Assembly (NCBI GenBank): GCA_964016885.1
Contig: OZ024740.1
Location: forward strand, 28,954,001 to 29,018,000
Direction: 5' to 3'
Origin: Eledone cirrhosa
Taxonomy: Eukaryota
DNA: 64,000 bases
Under the pieces are notes generated by a model. That model was not told where the DNA came from. It did not search any database and worked only from the letters and a program-made list of their open reading frames with translations. Made by a program: the position numbers and the translations under genes. This document shows, piece by piece, positions 13,186 through 26,291 of this stretch (the stretch's first letter is position 1; every line of letters begins with the position of its first letter).

Positions 13186-16100
13186 GTGGATTGGTAGTAT
13201 AGGTAGAGGGTCTGACACCATGTTAGGGTGGTGGATTGGCAGTATCGGTAGAGGGTCTGACACCATGCTAGGATGGTGGATTGGTAGTATAGGTAGAAGG
13301 TCTGACACCATGGTAGGGAGGTGTATTGGTAGTATAGGTAGAGGGTCTCTGACACCATGTTAGGGTGGTGGATTGGTAGTATAGGTAGAGGGTGTGACAC
13401 CATGGTAGGGTGGTGTATTGGTAGTACAGGTAGAGGGTCTGACGCCATGTTAGGGTGGTGGATTGGTAGTATTGGTAGAGGGTCTGCCACCATGTTAGGG
13501 TGGTGGATTGGTAGTACAGGTAGAGGGTCTGACAACATGGTAGGGTGGTGGATTGGTAGTATTGGTAGAGGGTCTGACACCATGTTAGGGTGGTGGATTG
13601 GTAGTATTGGTAGAGGGTCTGACACCATGGTAGGGTGGTGGATTGGTAGTATTGGTAGAGGGTCTGACGCCATGGTCGGGTGGTGGATTGGTAGTATAGG
13701 TAGAGGGTCTGCCACCATGTTAGGGTGGTGGATTGGTAGTATTGGTAGAGAGTCTGACACCATGGTAGGGTGGTGGATTGGTAGTATTGGTAGAGAGTCT
13801 GACACCATGGTAGGGTGGTGGATTGGTAATATTGGTAGAAGGTCTGACACCATGGTAGGGTGGTGGATTGGTAGTATTGGTAGAGAGTCTGACACCATGG
13901 TAGGGTGGTGGATTGGTAGTATAGGTAGAGGGTCTGACACCATGTTAGGGTGGTGGATTGGCAGTATTGGTAGAGGGTCTGACGCCATGGAAGTTCGTGG
14001 ATTAGTAGTAGTGGTAGAGGGTCTGACACCATGTTAGGGTGGTGGATTGGTAGTATTGGTAGAGGGTCTGACACCATGGTAGGGTGGTGGATTGGTAGTA
14101 TTGGTAGAGGGTCTGACACCATGGTAGGGTGGTGGATTGGTAGTATTGGTAGAGGGTCTGACACCATGTTAGGGTGGTGGATTGGTAGTATTGGTAGAGA
14201 GTCTGACACCATGGTAGGGTGGTGGATTGGTAGTATAGGTAGAGGGTCTGCCACCATGTTAGGGTGGTGGATTGGTAGTATTGGTAGAGGGTCTGACACC
14301 ATGGTAGGGTGGTGGATTGGTAGTATTGGTAGAGAGTCTGACACCATGGTAGGGTGGTGGATTGGTAGTATAGGTAGAGGGTCTGACACCATGGTAGGGT
14401 GGTGGATTGGTAGTATTGGTAGAGAGTCTGACACCATGGTAGGGTGGTGGATTGGTAGTATCGGTAGAGGGTCTGACACCATGCTAGGATGGTGGATTGG
14501 TAGTATAGGTAGAAGGTCTGACACCATGGTAGGGTGGTGGATTGGTAATATAGGTAGAGGGTCTGACACCATGGTAGGGAGGTGTATTAGTAGTATAGGT
14601 AGAGGGTCTCTGACACCATGTTAGGGTGGTGGATTGGTAGTATAGGTAGAGGGTCTGACACCATGGTAGGGTGGTGGATTGGTAGTATTGGTAGAGGATC
14701 TGACACCATGGTAGGGTGGTGCACTGGTAGTATTGGTAGAGGGTCTGACACCATGTAGGGGTGGTGGATTAGTAGTATTGGTAGAGGGTCTGCCACCATG
14801 TTAGGGTGGTGGATTGGTAGTACAGGTAGAGGGTCTGACAACATGGTAGGGTGGTGGATTGGTAGTATAGGTAGAGGGTCTGACACCATGTTAGGGTGGT
14901 GGATTGGTAGTATTGGTAGAGGGTCTGACGCCATGGAAGTTCGTGGATTGGTAGTAGTGGTAGAGGGTCTGACACCATGTTAGGGTGGTGGATTGGTAGT
15001 ATTGGTAGAGGGTCTGACACCATGTAGGGGTGGTGGATTGGTAGTATTGGTAGAGGGTCTGACACAATGTTAGGGTGGTGGATTGGTAGTATTGGTAGAG
15101 AGTCTGACACCATGGTAGGGTGGTGCATTGGTAGTATTGGTAGAGGGTCTGACACCATGGTAGGGTGGTGGATTGGTAGTATTGGTAGAGAGTCTGACAC
15201 CATGGTAGGGTGGTGGATTGGTAGTATTGGTAGAGGGTCTGACACCATGGTAGGGTGGTGGATTGGTAGTATTGGTAGAGTGTCTGACACCATGGTAGGG
15301 TGGTGGATTGGTAGTATTGGTAGAGAGTCTGACACCATGGTAGGGTGGTGGATTGGTAGTATTGGTAGAGAGTCTGACACCATGGTAGGGTGGTGGATTG
15401 GTAGTATTGGTAGAGCGTCTGACACCATGGTAGGGTGGTGGATTGGTAGTATTGGTAGAGAGTCTGACACCATGTTTGGGTGGTGGATTGGTAATATAGG
15501 TAGAGGGTCTGCCACCATGTTAGGGTGGTGGATTGGTAGTACAGGTAGAGGGTCTGACAGCATGGTAGGGTGGTGGATTGGTAGTATAGGTAGAGGGTCT
15601 GACACCATGTTAGGGTGGTGGATTGGTAGTATTGGTAGAGGGTCTGACGCCATGGAAGTTCGTGGATTGGTAGTAGTGGTAGAGGGTCTGACACCATGTT
15701 AGGGTGGTGGATTGGTAGTATTGGTAGAGGGTCTGACACCATGTAGGGGTGGTGGATTGGTAGTATTGGTAGAGAGTCTGACACCATGGTAGGGTGGTGG
15801 ATTGGTAGTATTGGTAGAGGGTCTGACGCCATGGTCGGGTGGTGGATTGGTAGTATAGGTAGAGGGTCTGCCACCATGTTAGGGTGGTGGATTGGTAGTA
15901 TTGGTAGAGGGTCTGACACCATGTTAGGGTGGTGGATTGGTAGTATTGGTAGAGAGTCTGACACCATGGTAGGGTGGTGGATTGGTAGTATTGGTAGAGG
16001 GTCTGACACCATGGTAGGGTGGTGGATTGGTAGTATTGGTAGAGAGTCTGACACCATGGTAGGGTGGTGGATTGGTAGTATTGGTAGAGGGTCTGACACC

Positions 16101-17443
16101 ATGGTAGGGTGGTGGATTGGTAGTATTGGTAGAGAGTCTGACACCATGGTAGGGTGGTGGATTGGTAGTATTGGTAGAGAGTCTGACACCATGGTAGGGT
16201 GGTGGATTGGTAGTATTGGTAGAGAGTCTGACACCATGGTAGGGTGGTGGATTGGTAGTATTGGTAGAGGGTCTGACACCATGTTAGGGTGGTGGATTGG
16301 TAGTATTGGTAGAGGGTCTGACACCATGGTAGGGTGGTGGATTGGTAGTATTGGTAGAGAGTCTGACCATGGTAGGGTGGTGGATTGGTAGTATAGGTAG
16401 AGGGTCTGACACCATGCTAGGATGGTGGATTGGTAGTATTGGTAGAGAGTCTGACACCATGGTAGGGTGGTGGATTGGTAGTATTGGTAGAGAGTCTGAC
16501 ACCATGTTTGGGTGGTGGATTGGTAATATAGGTAGAGGGTCTGACACCATGTTAGGGTGGTGGATTGGTAGTATAAGTAGAAGGTCTGACACCATGGTAG
16601 GGTGGTGGATTGGTAGTATAGGTAGAAGGTCTGACACCATGGTAGGGAGGTGTATTGGTAGTATAGGTAGAGGGTCTCTGACACCATGGTAGGGTGGTGG
16701 ATTAGTAGTATTGGTAGAGGGTCTGACACCATGGTAGGGTGGTGCACTGGTAGTATTGGTAGAGGGTCTGACACCATGGTAGGGTGGTGCACTGGTAGTA
16801 TTGGTAGAGGGTCTGACACCATGTAGGGGTGGTGGATTAGTAGTATTGGTAGAGGGTCTACCACCATGTTAGGGTGGTGGATTGGTAGTATAGGTAGAGG
16901 GTCTGACACCATCGTAGAGTGGTGGATTGGTATTATGGGTAGATGGTCTGACACCATGTTAGGGTGGTGGATTGGTAGTATAGGTATAGGGTCTGACACC
17001 ATGTTAGGGTGGTGGATTGGTAGTATAGGTAGAGGGTTGGACGTCATGCTATGGTGGTGGTTTGGTAGTATAGGTAGAGGGTCTGACACCATGTTAGGGT
17101 GGTGGATTGGTATTATTGTTAGACGGTCGGAAGCCATACTAGGGTGGTGGATTGGCAGTATCGGTAGAGGGTCTGAAACCAAGTTAGGGTTGTGGATTGG
17201 TAGTATTGATAGAGGGTCTGACGCCATGTTAGGGTGGTGGACTGGCAGTATCAGTAGAGGATCGGACCCCATGGGTGTGGACTAGCACTATCGGTAGAGG
17301 GTTGGACACGATGCTATGGTGGTGGACTGGCAGTATCGGTAGAGGGTCGGACCCCATGGGTGGTGGACTAGCAGTATCGGTAGAGGGTTGGACACGATGC
17401 TAGGGTGGTGGATTGGCAGTAGTGGTAGAGGGTCTGACACCAT
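13181..17443 (+). repeat. 45-bp minisatellite (GACACCATGGTAGGGTGGTGGATTGGTAGTATTGGTAGAGGGTCT)n, ~95 units, derived from the SINE 5' head
   Basis: 15-aa periodic ORFs (MVGWWIGSIGRGSDT); unit aligns to SINE start GGCGGTGGATTGGCAGTATCGGTAGAGGGTCGGACGCCAT. Confidence 0.95.
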
Positions 17444-17592
17444 GTTTTACAGCATAGTTACGTCCCTTTATGGTCTGAGTTCAAATCCCGCCGAGGTTAA
17501 CTTTGCCTTTTATCCTAACGGGGTCGATAAAATAAAGTACCAGTAATACACTGGGATAATTGCTGGCCTTGTGCCAAAAGTAGAAACAATTA
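17404..17592 (+). mobile_element. tRNA-derived SINE forming the 3' end of the 45-bp array
   Basis: Last array unit continues into GAGTTCAAATCCCGCCGAGGTTAAC...GTAGAAACAATTAT. Confidence 0.92.
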
Positions 17593-20205
17593 TCATAATC
17601 ATCACCATTATCATCATCGTCATCGTCATCGTTTTCATTGTCATTATCATCATCATCATCGCCATTATCATCACCTTTGTCATCTTGCCGTCCTATATTT
17701 CATATTGTTCTTATTCTCCTCGTCTTTCCCATCTTGCCATCATCGCCATCCCCATCCTCGCCATCGTTGTCATCATCATCAACATACTCATCACCTTACT
17801 CATCACCATCACCATCATCAGCGTAATCATCATCAGCATCACCATCATTATCACCACCATCATCACAATCATCATCATCATCATTACTAGCATTATCACC
17901 ATCATCAACAGCATCACCATCACCATCACCACCATCACCACCACCACCATCATCACAATCACTACCATCATCAGCATCACCATCACCATCACCACCATCA
18001 CCACCATCACCATCACCACTATCATCACCATCACCATCATCATCATCATCACCATCATCCTCCTCATCACCATCACCACCATCACCATCACCACCATCAC
18101 CACAATCACCACCATCACCACAACCACCATCATTACCACCACCTCCAACATCACCATCAAAACCACCATCACCATCACCATCACCACCATCACCACCATC
18201 ACCATCACCACCATCATCACAATCACTACCATCATCACCTCCAACATCACCATCACAACCACCACCATCATCACCATCACCACCATCACGACCTCCACCA
18301 CAATCACCACCATCACCACCACCACCACCATCACCACCATCACCATCACAACCACCAATATCATCACCACCACCACCATCACCAGCACTACCGCTACCAC
18401 CATCATCACCATCATCACCACCACCACCATTATCACCATCACCACCAACACCACCATCACCACCATCATCACCATCACCACCATCAACACCTCCACCACC
18501 ATCACCATCACCACCATCACCACCACCTCTATCATCACCACCACCACCATCACCACCTCCACCATCATCACCACCATCACCGCCACCACCACCATCGCCA
18601 TAACCACCATCACGACCTCCACCACCATCACCACTACCACCATCACCCCCGACACCATCACCACCAACACCATCACTATCACCACCACTATCACCACCAT
18701 TATCACCACCACTATCACCACCACTATCACAACCACTACTATCACCACTACCATGACCACCACTACAATCACCAGCACCACCAGCACCAGCACCACCATC
18801 ACCACCACCACTATCATCAACACCACCACCATCACCACCATCACCATCATCACCACCATCACCACCACCACTACCCCCACCATGACCATCATCACCACCA
18901 CCACCATAACCACCACCACCATCATCACCGCCACCACCATCACCACCACCACCACCACCACCACCACCACCACCACCACCACCACCACCACCATCACCAA
19001 CTCCACCACCACCACCACCATCATCACCTCCACCACCATCACCACCTCCATCATCACCACCACCATCACACCACCACTACCACCATCATCGCCATCATCA
19101 CCACCACCACCATCACCACCACCACCATCATCACCACCACCACCATCTCCACCACCATCTCCATCACCACCATCATCACCACCACCACCACTACCCCACC
19201 ACCACCATCATCACCACCACCACCATCACCAACATCACCATCATCGCCACCACCATCATCACCACCACCATCACCACCTCCACCACCATCACCACCATCA
19301 CCACCACCACCATCATCATTACCACCATCATCACCATCACGACCACCACCACTACCACACAATCACCATCATCACCACCACCAACATCACCACCACCATC
19401 ATCACCACCACCACCATCACCACCTCCACCATCATCACCACCATCACCACCTCCACCTCCATAACCACCACCACCACCACCTCCACCACCATCACACCCA
19501 CCACCATCATTACCACCATCACCACCAGCACCACTACCATCATCACCATCATCACCATCATCACCACCACCACCATCACCACCTCCACCATCATCACCAC
19601 CACCACCACCATCACCACCACCACCATCATCACCATCACGACCACCACCACTACCCCACCATCATCACTTCCACCACCATCACCACCTCCACCACCATCA
19701 CCACCACCATCATCACCACCATCACCACCACCACTACTACCATCGTCACCATTATCACCACCGCCACCATCACCACCTCCACCATAATCACCACCATCAC
19801 CACCACCACTACCACCACCGCCACCATCACCACCTCCACCACCATCACCACCATCACCACCACCACCACCACTACCACCACCACCACCACCACCGCCACC
19901 ACCATCACCACCACCACCGCCACCACCACCACCAACACCACGCCACCACCTCCACCACCATCACCACCATCACCACCATCACCACCACCACCACCACTAC
20001 CACCACCACCACCACCACCGCCACCACCATCACCACCACCGCCACCACCACCACCAACACCACGCCACCACCTCCACCACCATCACCACCATCACCACCA
20101 CCACTACCACCACCACCACCATCACCACCACCACCATCACCACCACCACCACAACCACCACCGCCATCACCTCCACCACCGTCACCACCATCACCATCAT
20201 CACCA
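17593..20205. repeat. 2.6-kb (CAT)n grading into (CAC)n tract
   Basis: Low complexity; the 738-aa poly-I/T/H ORF is an artefact. Confidence 0.95.
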
Positions 20206-20240
20206 ACGGCGTCCTTCCTCAACGCCACTTATTATTACCG

Positions 20241-20426
20241 GGCGGTGAATTGGCAGTATCGGTAGAGGGTTGGACGCCATGCTTTGACGCATAGAGTTAC
20301 GGCCCTTGCCATTCTGAGTTCAAATCCCGCCGAGGTTAACTTTGCCTTTCATCCTTATGGGGTCGATAAAATAAAGTACCAGTAATGTACTGGGTAATTG
20401 CTGGCCTTGTGCCAAAAGTAGAAACA
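20241..20426 (+). mobile_element. Full-length tRNA-derived SINE with target-site duplication
   Basis: Intact A and B boxes; TSD ATTATTACCG at 20231-20240 and 20427-20436. Confidence 0.95.
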
Positions 20427-20656
20427 ATTATTACCGGGAGGACAGCAATATATATCCAACGCCACCAGAACGTACAAACACACACATACACATAGTGACA
20501 TAAATATACACACATACACATAGATATATGTAAATATACAAATATATGTATATGTATATATATATATTTATGTATGTATATATACACTCATATATATATA
20601 CATATATATATATGATAATATATAAGAACAAAAGATGGTTAAAAGAGTTCCATGTA

Positions 20657-20723
20657 TTTTATTATGCGAATTTCAAAAACAAATATCATCATGCAATAAT
20701 ATTTGTGTCTTCATCAGATAAAA
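20657..20723 (-). ncRNA. Hammerhead ribozyme with long stem II
   Basis: Minus strand TTTTAT-CTGATGA-[AGACACAAATATTATT/GATGATATTTGTTTTT]-GAAA-TTCGCA-TA-ATAAAA; 6-bp stem I. Confidence 0.75.
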
Positions 20724-21074
20724 CAGGAAGACATGATATGAAGGTTAAAAAACACTTGTGGATAGTGCAGTTTTAAATCAACATATGAGAAGTAGTTTTA
20801 GATTGATGTGTGATATTGGGAAAAATAGTTTATTTTGAGGGGGGGGGTGGAAAGGATGACAAAGAGGAGGAGATGAGAGTAAAAAGTGGAGAGGGAGGAG
20901 TATAATGAGGAAGGATGAGAGAGGAGGAGAGATGGGTGATAGAGAGATAGCTTTTATAACTGAGAAAGATATATTGTTTTACATAGAGAGGTTGAAAACC
21001 GTTGGAAGATAATGTATAAATTAAAAGAATTTGAAAATTAACGAAGAGAAAAATAATGTAAAGTTAAGGTTTGT

Positions 21075-21250
21075 ATATTGAGGGATTTAATAATATGTGC
21101 GATGAAAAGAAAATGTTAATATGTATTAAGAATAATATTTAAGGGTTTAATAACATGTGCGATGGAAAGAAAAATTTAATATGTATTAAGAATGATATTT
21201 AAGGGTTTAATAATATGTGCGATGGAAAGAAAATGTTGATATGTATTATT
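21075..21250. repeat. 60-bp tandem repeat x3 inside the PLE 3' region
   Basis: TTTAATAA(T/C)ATGTGCGATG(A/G)AAAGAAAA recurs at 60-bp spacing. Confidence 0.85.
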
Positions 21251-21668
21251 AAAAAGAACAACAGGTAATTTAAGTAAGGATATATTGTGAGATGAGCATG
21301 AATGAGTTAGATGAAAGGGAGAAAAGAATAATGAATTGAGGATGAATAATCTAACGTCAAAAAAATGTGTATATATTTACGAAGGATTTTTACAAGGTGA
21401 TATAGAGTAAGAATGTATTGTATTATGTAATAATTGATTCTATGTTAGGCAACAGTGAAAAAAGGTACAGATTAGGGGTTAGACATTAAAAGAAAAAGAG
21501 AAGACAGGGAAGTGATAAATAGGAGCGATATAGAATGAGTAATAAGTATTATAGAATGTATAATAACCTTTGAAATAAGGTAGAAAGATGGGTATATTTT
21601 TAAAGAAATGTATATATATATATATGTGCCTTTGAGAAAAAAATTCTAAATTGATAAAGATTTGGATA

Positions 21669-22100
21669 TTAGCTGTATACTTTGTGGAATGTTTTGTGGA
21701 ATTTATGCAAGCAGATAGAAAACAAGTCAGTGCGTCTATTTATTATAGAATCTAAATTAGATATAATGGTAAATTTTTCATTTAGACAGAGATTGCAAAT
21801 TTTGGATAGAGAACTGTTCAAGTATAGAGAGGCAGAAGAAACCTTCTTCCAAAAGATGCTATATTTAATATTTTTGTCTTTCAAGGACCATATGAGTTCT
21901 GAGAGAGCCGTGTTGGTTCTTTTAAGTTTGTATTTAAAAGACGAATGATGGTTATAAAGACGAGCTTTAAAAGAGGTGGAAGTGGAGCCAAAATAGGTGA
22001 AGGAATTGGTGTCAGTTATAACTTTACATTCGTAAATTAAGTTTTTATCAAGACAATGGTTGTTGAGAGAACATTTATTTTTAACAGGGCAATTGCAATG
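21669..22100 (-). pseudogene. PLE C-terminal GIY-YIG endonuclease fragment with CxCx5Cx5C linker
   Basis: CNCPVKNKCSLNNHC, LIY..YFG.T..FKARLYNH, CNLCLNEK, INRRTDLFSICLH. Confidence 0.85.
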
Positions 22101-22189
22101 TCCTCTCAACAACCATTGTCTTGATAAAAACTTAATTTACGAATGTAAAGTTATAACTGACACCAATTCCTTCACCTATTTTGGCTCCG

Positions 22190-24189
22190 CCTTCACCACT
22201 GCCAAGGTCCAGAACCACTAGTCGACCCTCTGGGTTCAAATGTACCATCTGTGTTGCGAGACCCAGATGTTTTTGCAGCAGAATGACAACCCCACCCCCA
22301 CCTCCGGGCTGACAGAGAGATGCGTGCATCTCAAAGTCATCAAAGGTGGGGGCCAGCTGTCGCACGTTTCTGATCCGAGCCTCGCAAATAACCATCACAT
22401 CTATACGTTGTGACCTGAGGTCATTTAGAAGCATTGCTTGCTTCCAAGTTGAGCCCAGGCCACGCGCATTTAAACAGCCTACTCTTAGCATGGCCATGTT
22501 GGTGGTGAAGAGAAAAGGCACTTACCTCTCTGCGTCCCGGGTATCGGGCTGCACAATTTCCATTAGGGTGGGGGATGGGTTGTTGGGTGGGGTGGTGGTT
22601 TGTGGAGGTATAGGGGCATCAGTGTGTTGTGTGGTTGGGGAGTTTAGAGTTGTGTGGGTGTTTGGGGAAGGGGTGGGGTAGTTTTTTAGGAGGACGCGGT
22701 TAATGGGCCCGACGCAGGGGGGACCCACGTCCTCTTTAAAGTTGTTTTTTAAAGTTTTATAGGTGTCCTGTGGAGCCTTAATCATTTTGAGGTGGGGGAA
22801 ATCCCCTGCCTGGGTGAAGTTAGGCCCTTGGGTTTTTATTAGATTGTTGTTGTACACAATGTTTAACAGTTTTTTGTTTCTTGTTTATGTATGTGTATGC
22901 ATGTTTTTGTTTTTGTGTGGTGTTTTTTGTTTGCTGTTGTTGTGAGCTCTTTTGTGTTGGTGTCAGTGTTATGTTTTGGGGAGGGGTTGTTTTCATTTGT
23001 ATGTCTGAGGTGTGTTTTCTTTTTTTTCTTTTGATTGTGTGGAAGTGCTCCTCCTCGTCTGACGACGAACTAGGGTCATCTTCCGCGTTGGAGGGGAGGG
23101 GTATATTTTCGGGTTGTGTTTGCGGTGCGGGTGTTTTGGAAATTGTTTTTGTTTTTTGAGTGGGGGGGGGGATGGGTTGGACATTGTTTTGTTTTGGTTT
23201 GATCTGGTGGTTGTTTTTGTAGTGGTAGTTGTGGTGATTGTGTTGGCTGTGCAGTTGTTGGTGGTGTAGGCAGGATTGGGGTTTTCTTATTGATTTGGGG
23301 ACAGACAGCCCTCAGGTGACCTCTGGTTCCGCAGAGGTAACACGAGGGCCGCCTACCCTCAACGGTAATGTTGATGAAAATTTGATCATCCAGTATGACG
23401 CGTTCAGGGATCTGGGCGATCCTTTCGGGCGTCATTTGAACTACAAGTTCGAGGCTCGTTCCACTGAACGCGTCACCCGATGCCTTTCCCATGGACACCA
23501 GCGTGTCATCATCCAGGTTCAGGAAACCTGTCAAAACCCACCATATGTCCATAATCGGCAGGATGGTGTGGATTTTTATTTTTTGTGTTCTTCTACCCAT
23601 GTACGTAGGGTAAAAGATGTATGCGGTGGATGTGATTGGTTTGATGGACAGTTTCACTGCTGTGTCTCTGTCCTTCATGAGAATGGATAGACTCCCGTAG
23701 AGTCTATCCTTCTGAATGAAGGTGATGTCCTTCATGACGTCTTTTAAAACCAGCTCTATCTCCCTCTGTGATGGTTGAGCTGGTTTTTTGCTTTTATTCG
23801 AGATTGTCCTAAACATGACAGTGTTTAGGAGTCTCTGGCTTTTTAGTTCCGGGGGGGGGGGGGGATGGATCGTGAATGAACCATTTTCCCCGTACACTAT
23901 ATATTTTTTGGCATCTGCCAGTAGCTCCTTCGCTTTGGTTATATCTACTGGCAGATAGTCGAGGGTTTTCCTTGCCGTCTCGGCGAAGGAGAAATTTTGT
24001 TTGTTTGTGTTGCTGTTGTAGTTGGTGGTGTTGTTGTTATCATTGTTGTTGTTATTACAGTTATTGGTCTTGTTGTTGTTGTTATTGTTATTGGTGTTGT
24101 TTTCGTCCGTCGCCTTGTTGTTATTGTTGCTGTTGCTGGTGCCGCTGGTTCTTTGGTTTGTTGCCATGGCAGCGTCAAGTTGTTGGTCA
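22190..24189 (-). mobile_element. Tx1/L1-clade LINE 5' part: ORF1 (24167 to 22522, frameshifted) and start of ORF2 APE
   Basis: Zinc knuckle CYLCGTRGHLRAVC; ORF2 MAMLRVGCLNARGL..ICEAR..GGGGVVIL, cut off by the PLE at 22190. Confidence 0.9.
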
Positions 24190-24351
24190 TAGATAAATAT
24201 ACACGGGTGTGTATGATTGTGTATAGAAGATTATATTAATAAGAGGAATTCCAACTTTGTCTGATTTACTCGTTTTATTTACAATCCTTTAACATTTATA
24301 ATGGTATTATAATGAAATAGTATGATAGAATATTAAATTCTAAGTGTTAAT

Positions 24352-24390
24352 TGAACAAGTACTTTCATGCTTTCGCAATCTTCAGGTTCA
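24352..24390 (-). ncRNA. Minimal hammerhead ribozyme
   Basis: Minus strand TGAAC-CTGAAGA-TTGCGAAAGCAT-GAAA-GTAC-TT-GTTCA. Confidence 0.85.
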
Positions 24391-24728
24391 TAATATGTGG
24401 TGACAGTCAAGTTTGCAATTTTCAACTGTAATAAGATGGGTAATTTTTCTACCTTTTATACATTTTATACAGGGAAAAGTGGCTCCAGAATCCTAAGTCT
24501 TGCAAACTGTATTTCGACCAATCAGTGTGTAGTTTCACTGAATTACTAAAACTGATTGGTTTAAGCGTCACGGCTGGTTGATCATGTCTAACGATCAATA
24601 ATTAATCATATCCAAAGCATCAATTGTTTTGCTATTTTTAGAAATGATGAAAATAGCATTTTCTATTAATCATCACCATCAACCTCACTTTTATTATTAT
24701 TATTATTGTTGTTGTTGTTGTTGTTGTT

Positions 24729-24776
<48 letters not shown>

Positions 24777-24832
24777 ATTGTTGTTAGTGGTCGTAGTCAT
24801 AGTGATAGTAGAAGTAATACCCCTAAGCGTTA

Positions 24833-25477
24833 TTATTGTTCATTTAGCTTGGGTTTGAATTTATCAATAAAATTCTTTTCTTTGATTTTTCTCTTGATTT
24901 CACTTGGGCTGTGTAATTTGTAGAATGGGAATATTATAAATATTCCCTGACTACATGTTGCTAGATGGTTACTTAGGGGTATCTGACGGACATTTGGGTC
25001 TCTGATTTGTTGACGGTGTACCCGTGCACGTTCCGATAGTGCATTTCCAGTTTGACCGACATAGAGTTCTTCACAATTCGGGCATTTAATGCAGTAAATT
25101 AGATTTCTGCTTTTGCAGTTCATATTTGCATTTGGGAATATTTTTCCAGTTTTTGTTTTCATATATTGACCGGCGTGTATGGATTGACATGTGCCGCATC
25201 GACTATCATTGCATTTAGATACAGTGAATGATTGGTCTTTGTTGTTATGGTCAAACTTTGCTTTTGTTAGTAATTGCTTCAAATTTTTTGGCTGTCTTTT
25301 ACTAAGAGTCAAAGATCGATCTGTGATTAAGCCTTTTAATTCATTACTTTGAGCAATAATCGGTAGGTTTGCTTTGGCAGTGTTGAAGATATTCTGGTGA
25401 CATGGGTTGTGTGTCATTATAAATGGTATGACCAGTTCTTGGTTTCTTCTTCCTTGTGTTGTCCTAAGTTGTTGCAT
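24833..25477 (-). pseudogene. PLE GIY-YIG endonuclease C-terminal fragment
   Basis: KRQPKNLKQLL, Cx4CxxC linker (CNDSRCGTC), NLIYCIKC..C..LYVGQTG, R..H, EK.FI..F.P.LN. Confidence 0.9.
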
Positions 25478-25592
25478 GGGTATTTTTATAGCCCACTGTA
25501 TGCCATTTTATTGATAAATTCAAACCCAAGCTAAATGAACAATAATAACGCTTAGGGGTATTACTTCTACTATCACTATGACTACGACCACT

Positions 25593-25655
<63 letters not shown>

Positions 25656-25969
25656 AATAATAATAATAAAAGTGAGGTTGATGGTGATGATTAATAGAAA
25701 ATGCTATTTTCATCATTTCTAAAAATAGCAAAACAATTGATGCTTTGGATATGATAAATTATTGGTCGTTAGACATGATCAACCAGCTATGACGCTTAAA
25801 CCAATCAGCTTTAGTAATTCAGTGAAACTACACACTGATTGGTCGAAATACAGTTTGCAAGACTTAGGATTCTGGAGCCACTTTTCCCTGTATAAAATGT
25901 ATAAAAGGTAGAAAATTTACCCATCTTATTACAGTTGAAAATTGCAAACTTGACTGTCACCACATATTA

Positions 25970-26008
25970 TGAACCTGAAGATTGCGAAAGCATGAAAGTA
26001 CTTGTTCA
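25970..26008 (+). ncRNA. Minimal hammerhead ribozyme (inverted pLTR copy)
   Basis: TGAAC-CTGAAGA-TTGCGAAAGCAT-GAAA-GTAC-TT-GTTCA; palindromic stem III. Confidence 0.85.
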
Positions 26009-26124
26009 ATTAACACTTAGAATTTAATATTCTATCATACTATTTCATTATAATACCATTATAAATGTTAAAGGATCGTAAATAAAACGAGTAAATCAGA
26101 CAAAGTTGGAATTCCTCTTATTAA

Positions 26125-26155
<31 letters not shown>

Positions 26156-26217
26156 CTATATATAACGAATAAGGAAAAGCGAAGTAGTTTCAGATGTTCA
26201 AGTCCTTTAATAATAAT

Positions 26218-26291
26218 GCTGTGATATATATTTCAGTGACGACACTGGCCACACTGTTCTGTGTGCGAGTGTCGTGTCATCATCAGACAGC
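26218..26291 (-). ncRNA. Hammerhead ribozyme with extended stem II
   Basis: Minus strand GCTGT-CTGATGA-..ACGACACT..CACAC/GTGTG..AGTGTCGT..-GAAA-TATATA-TC-ACAGC. Confidence 0.8.

Larger units (their letters stand above)
20620..22189 (-). mobile_element. 5'-truncated Penelope-like element (possibly Hydra clade) with inverted 5' end
   Basis: GIY-YIG ORF, HHR in the 3' region, and 22106-22189 is an inverted copy of ~21983-22065. Confidence 0.8.
24190..26125 (-). mobile_element. 5'-truncated Neptune-like Penelope element with inverted pseudo-LTR
   Basis: GIY-YIG ORF; ~24235-24872 and ~25506-26125 are inverted repeats, each with an HHR; flanked by (TA)n on the right. Confidence 0.9.

Noticed and set aside
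13181-17443. CRISPR-like array or repeat protein (793-aa ORF)
   Set aside because: Units are contiguous with no unique spacers and no cas genes; frames shift at variant units; the unit is SINE-derived
17571-19787. Mucin-like or His-rich 738-aa ORF (likewise the Gly/Val-rich ORFs at 4-5 kb and 34.8-36 kb)
   Set aside because: Trinucleotide tracts lack stop codons in most frames; no exon structure supports them
20241-20330. tRNA gene
   Set aside because: A and B boxes are present, but the sequence continues into a SINE body with TSDs and no proper cloverleaf was seen
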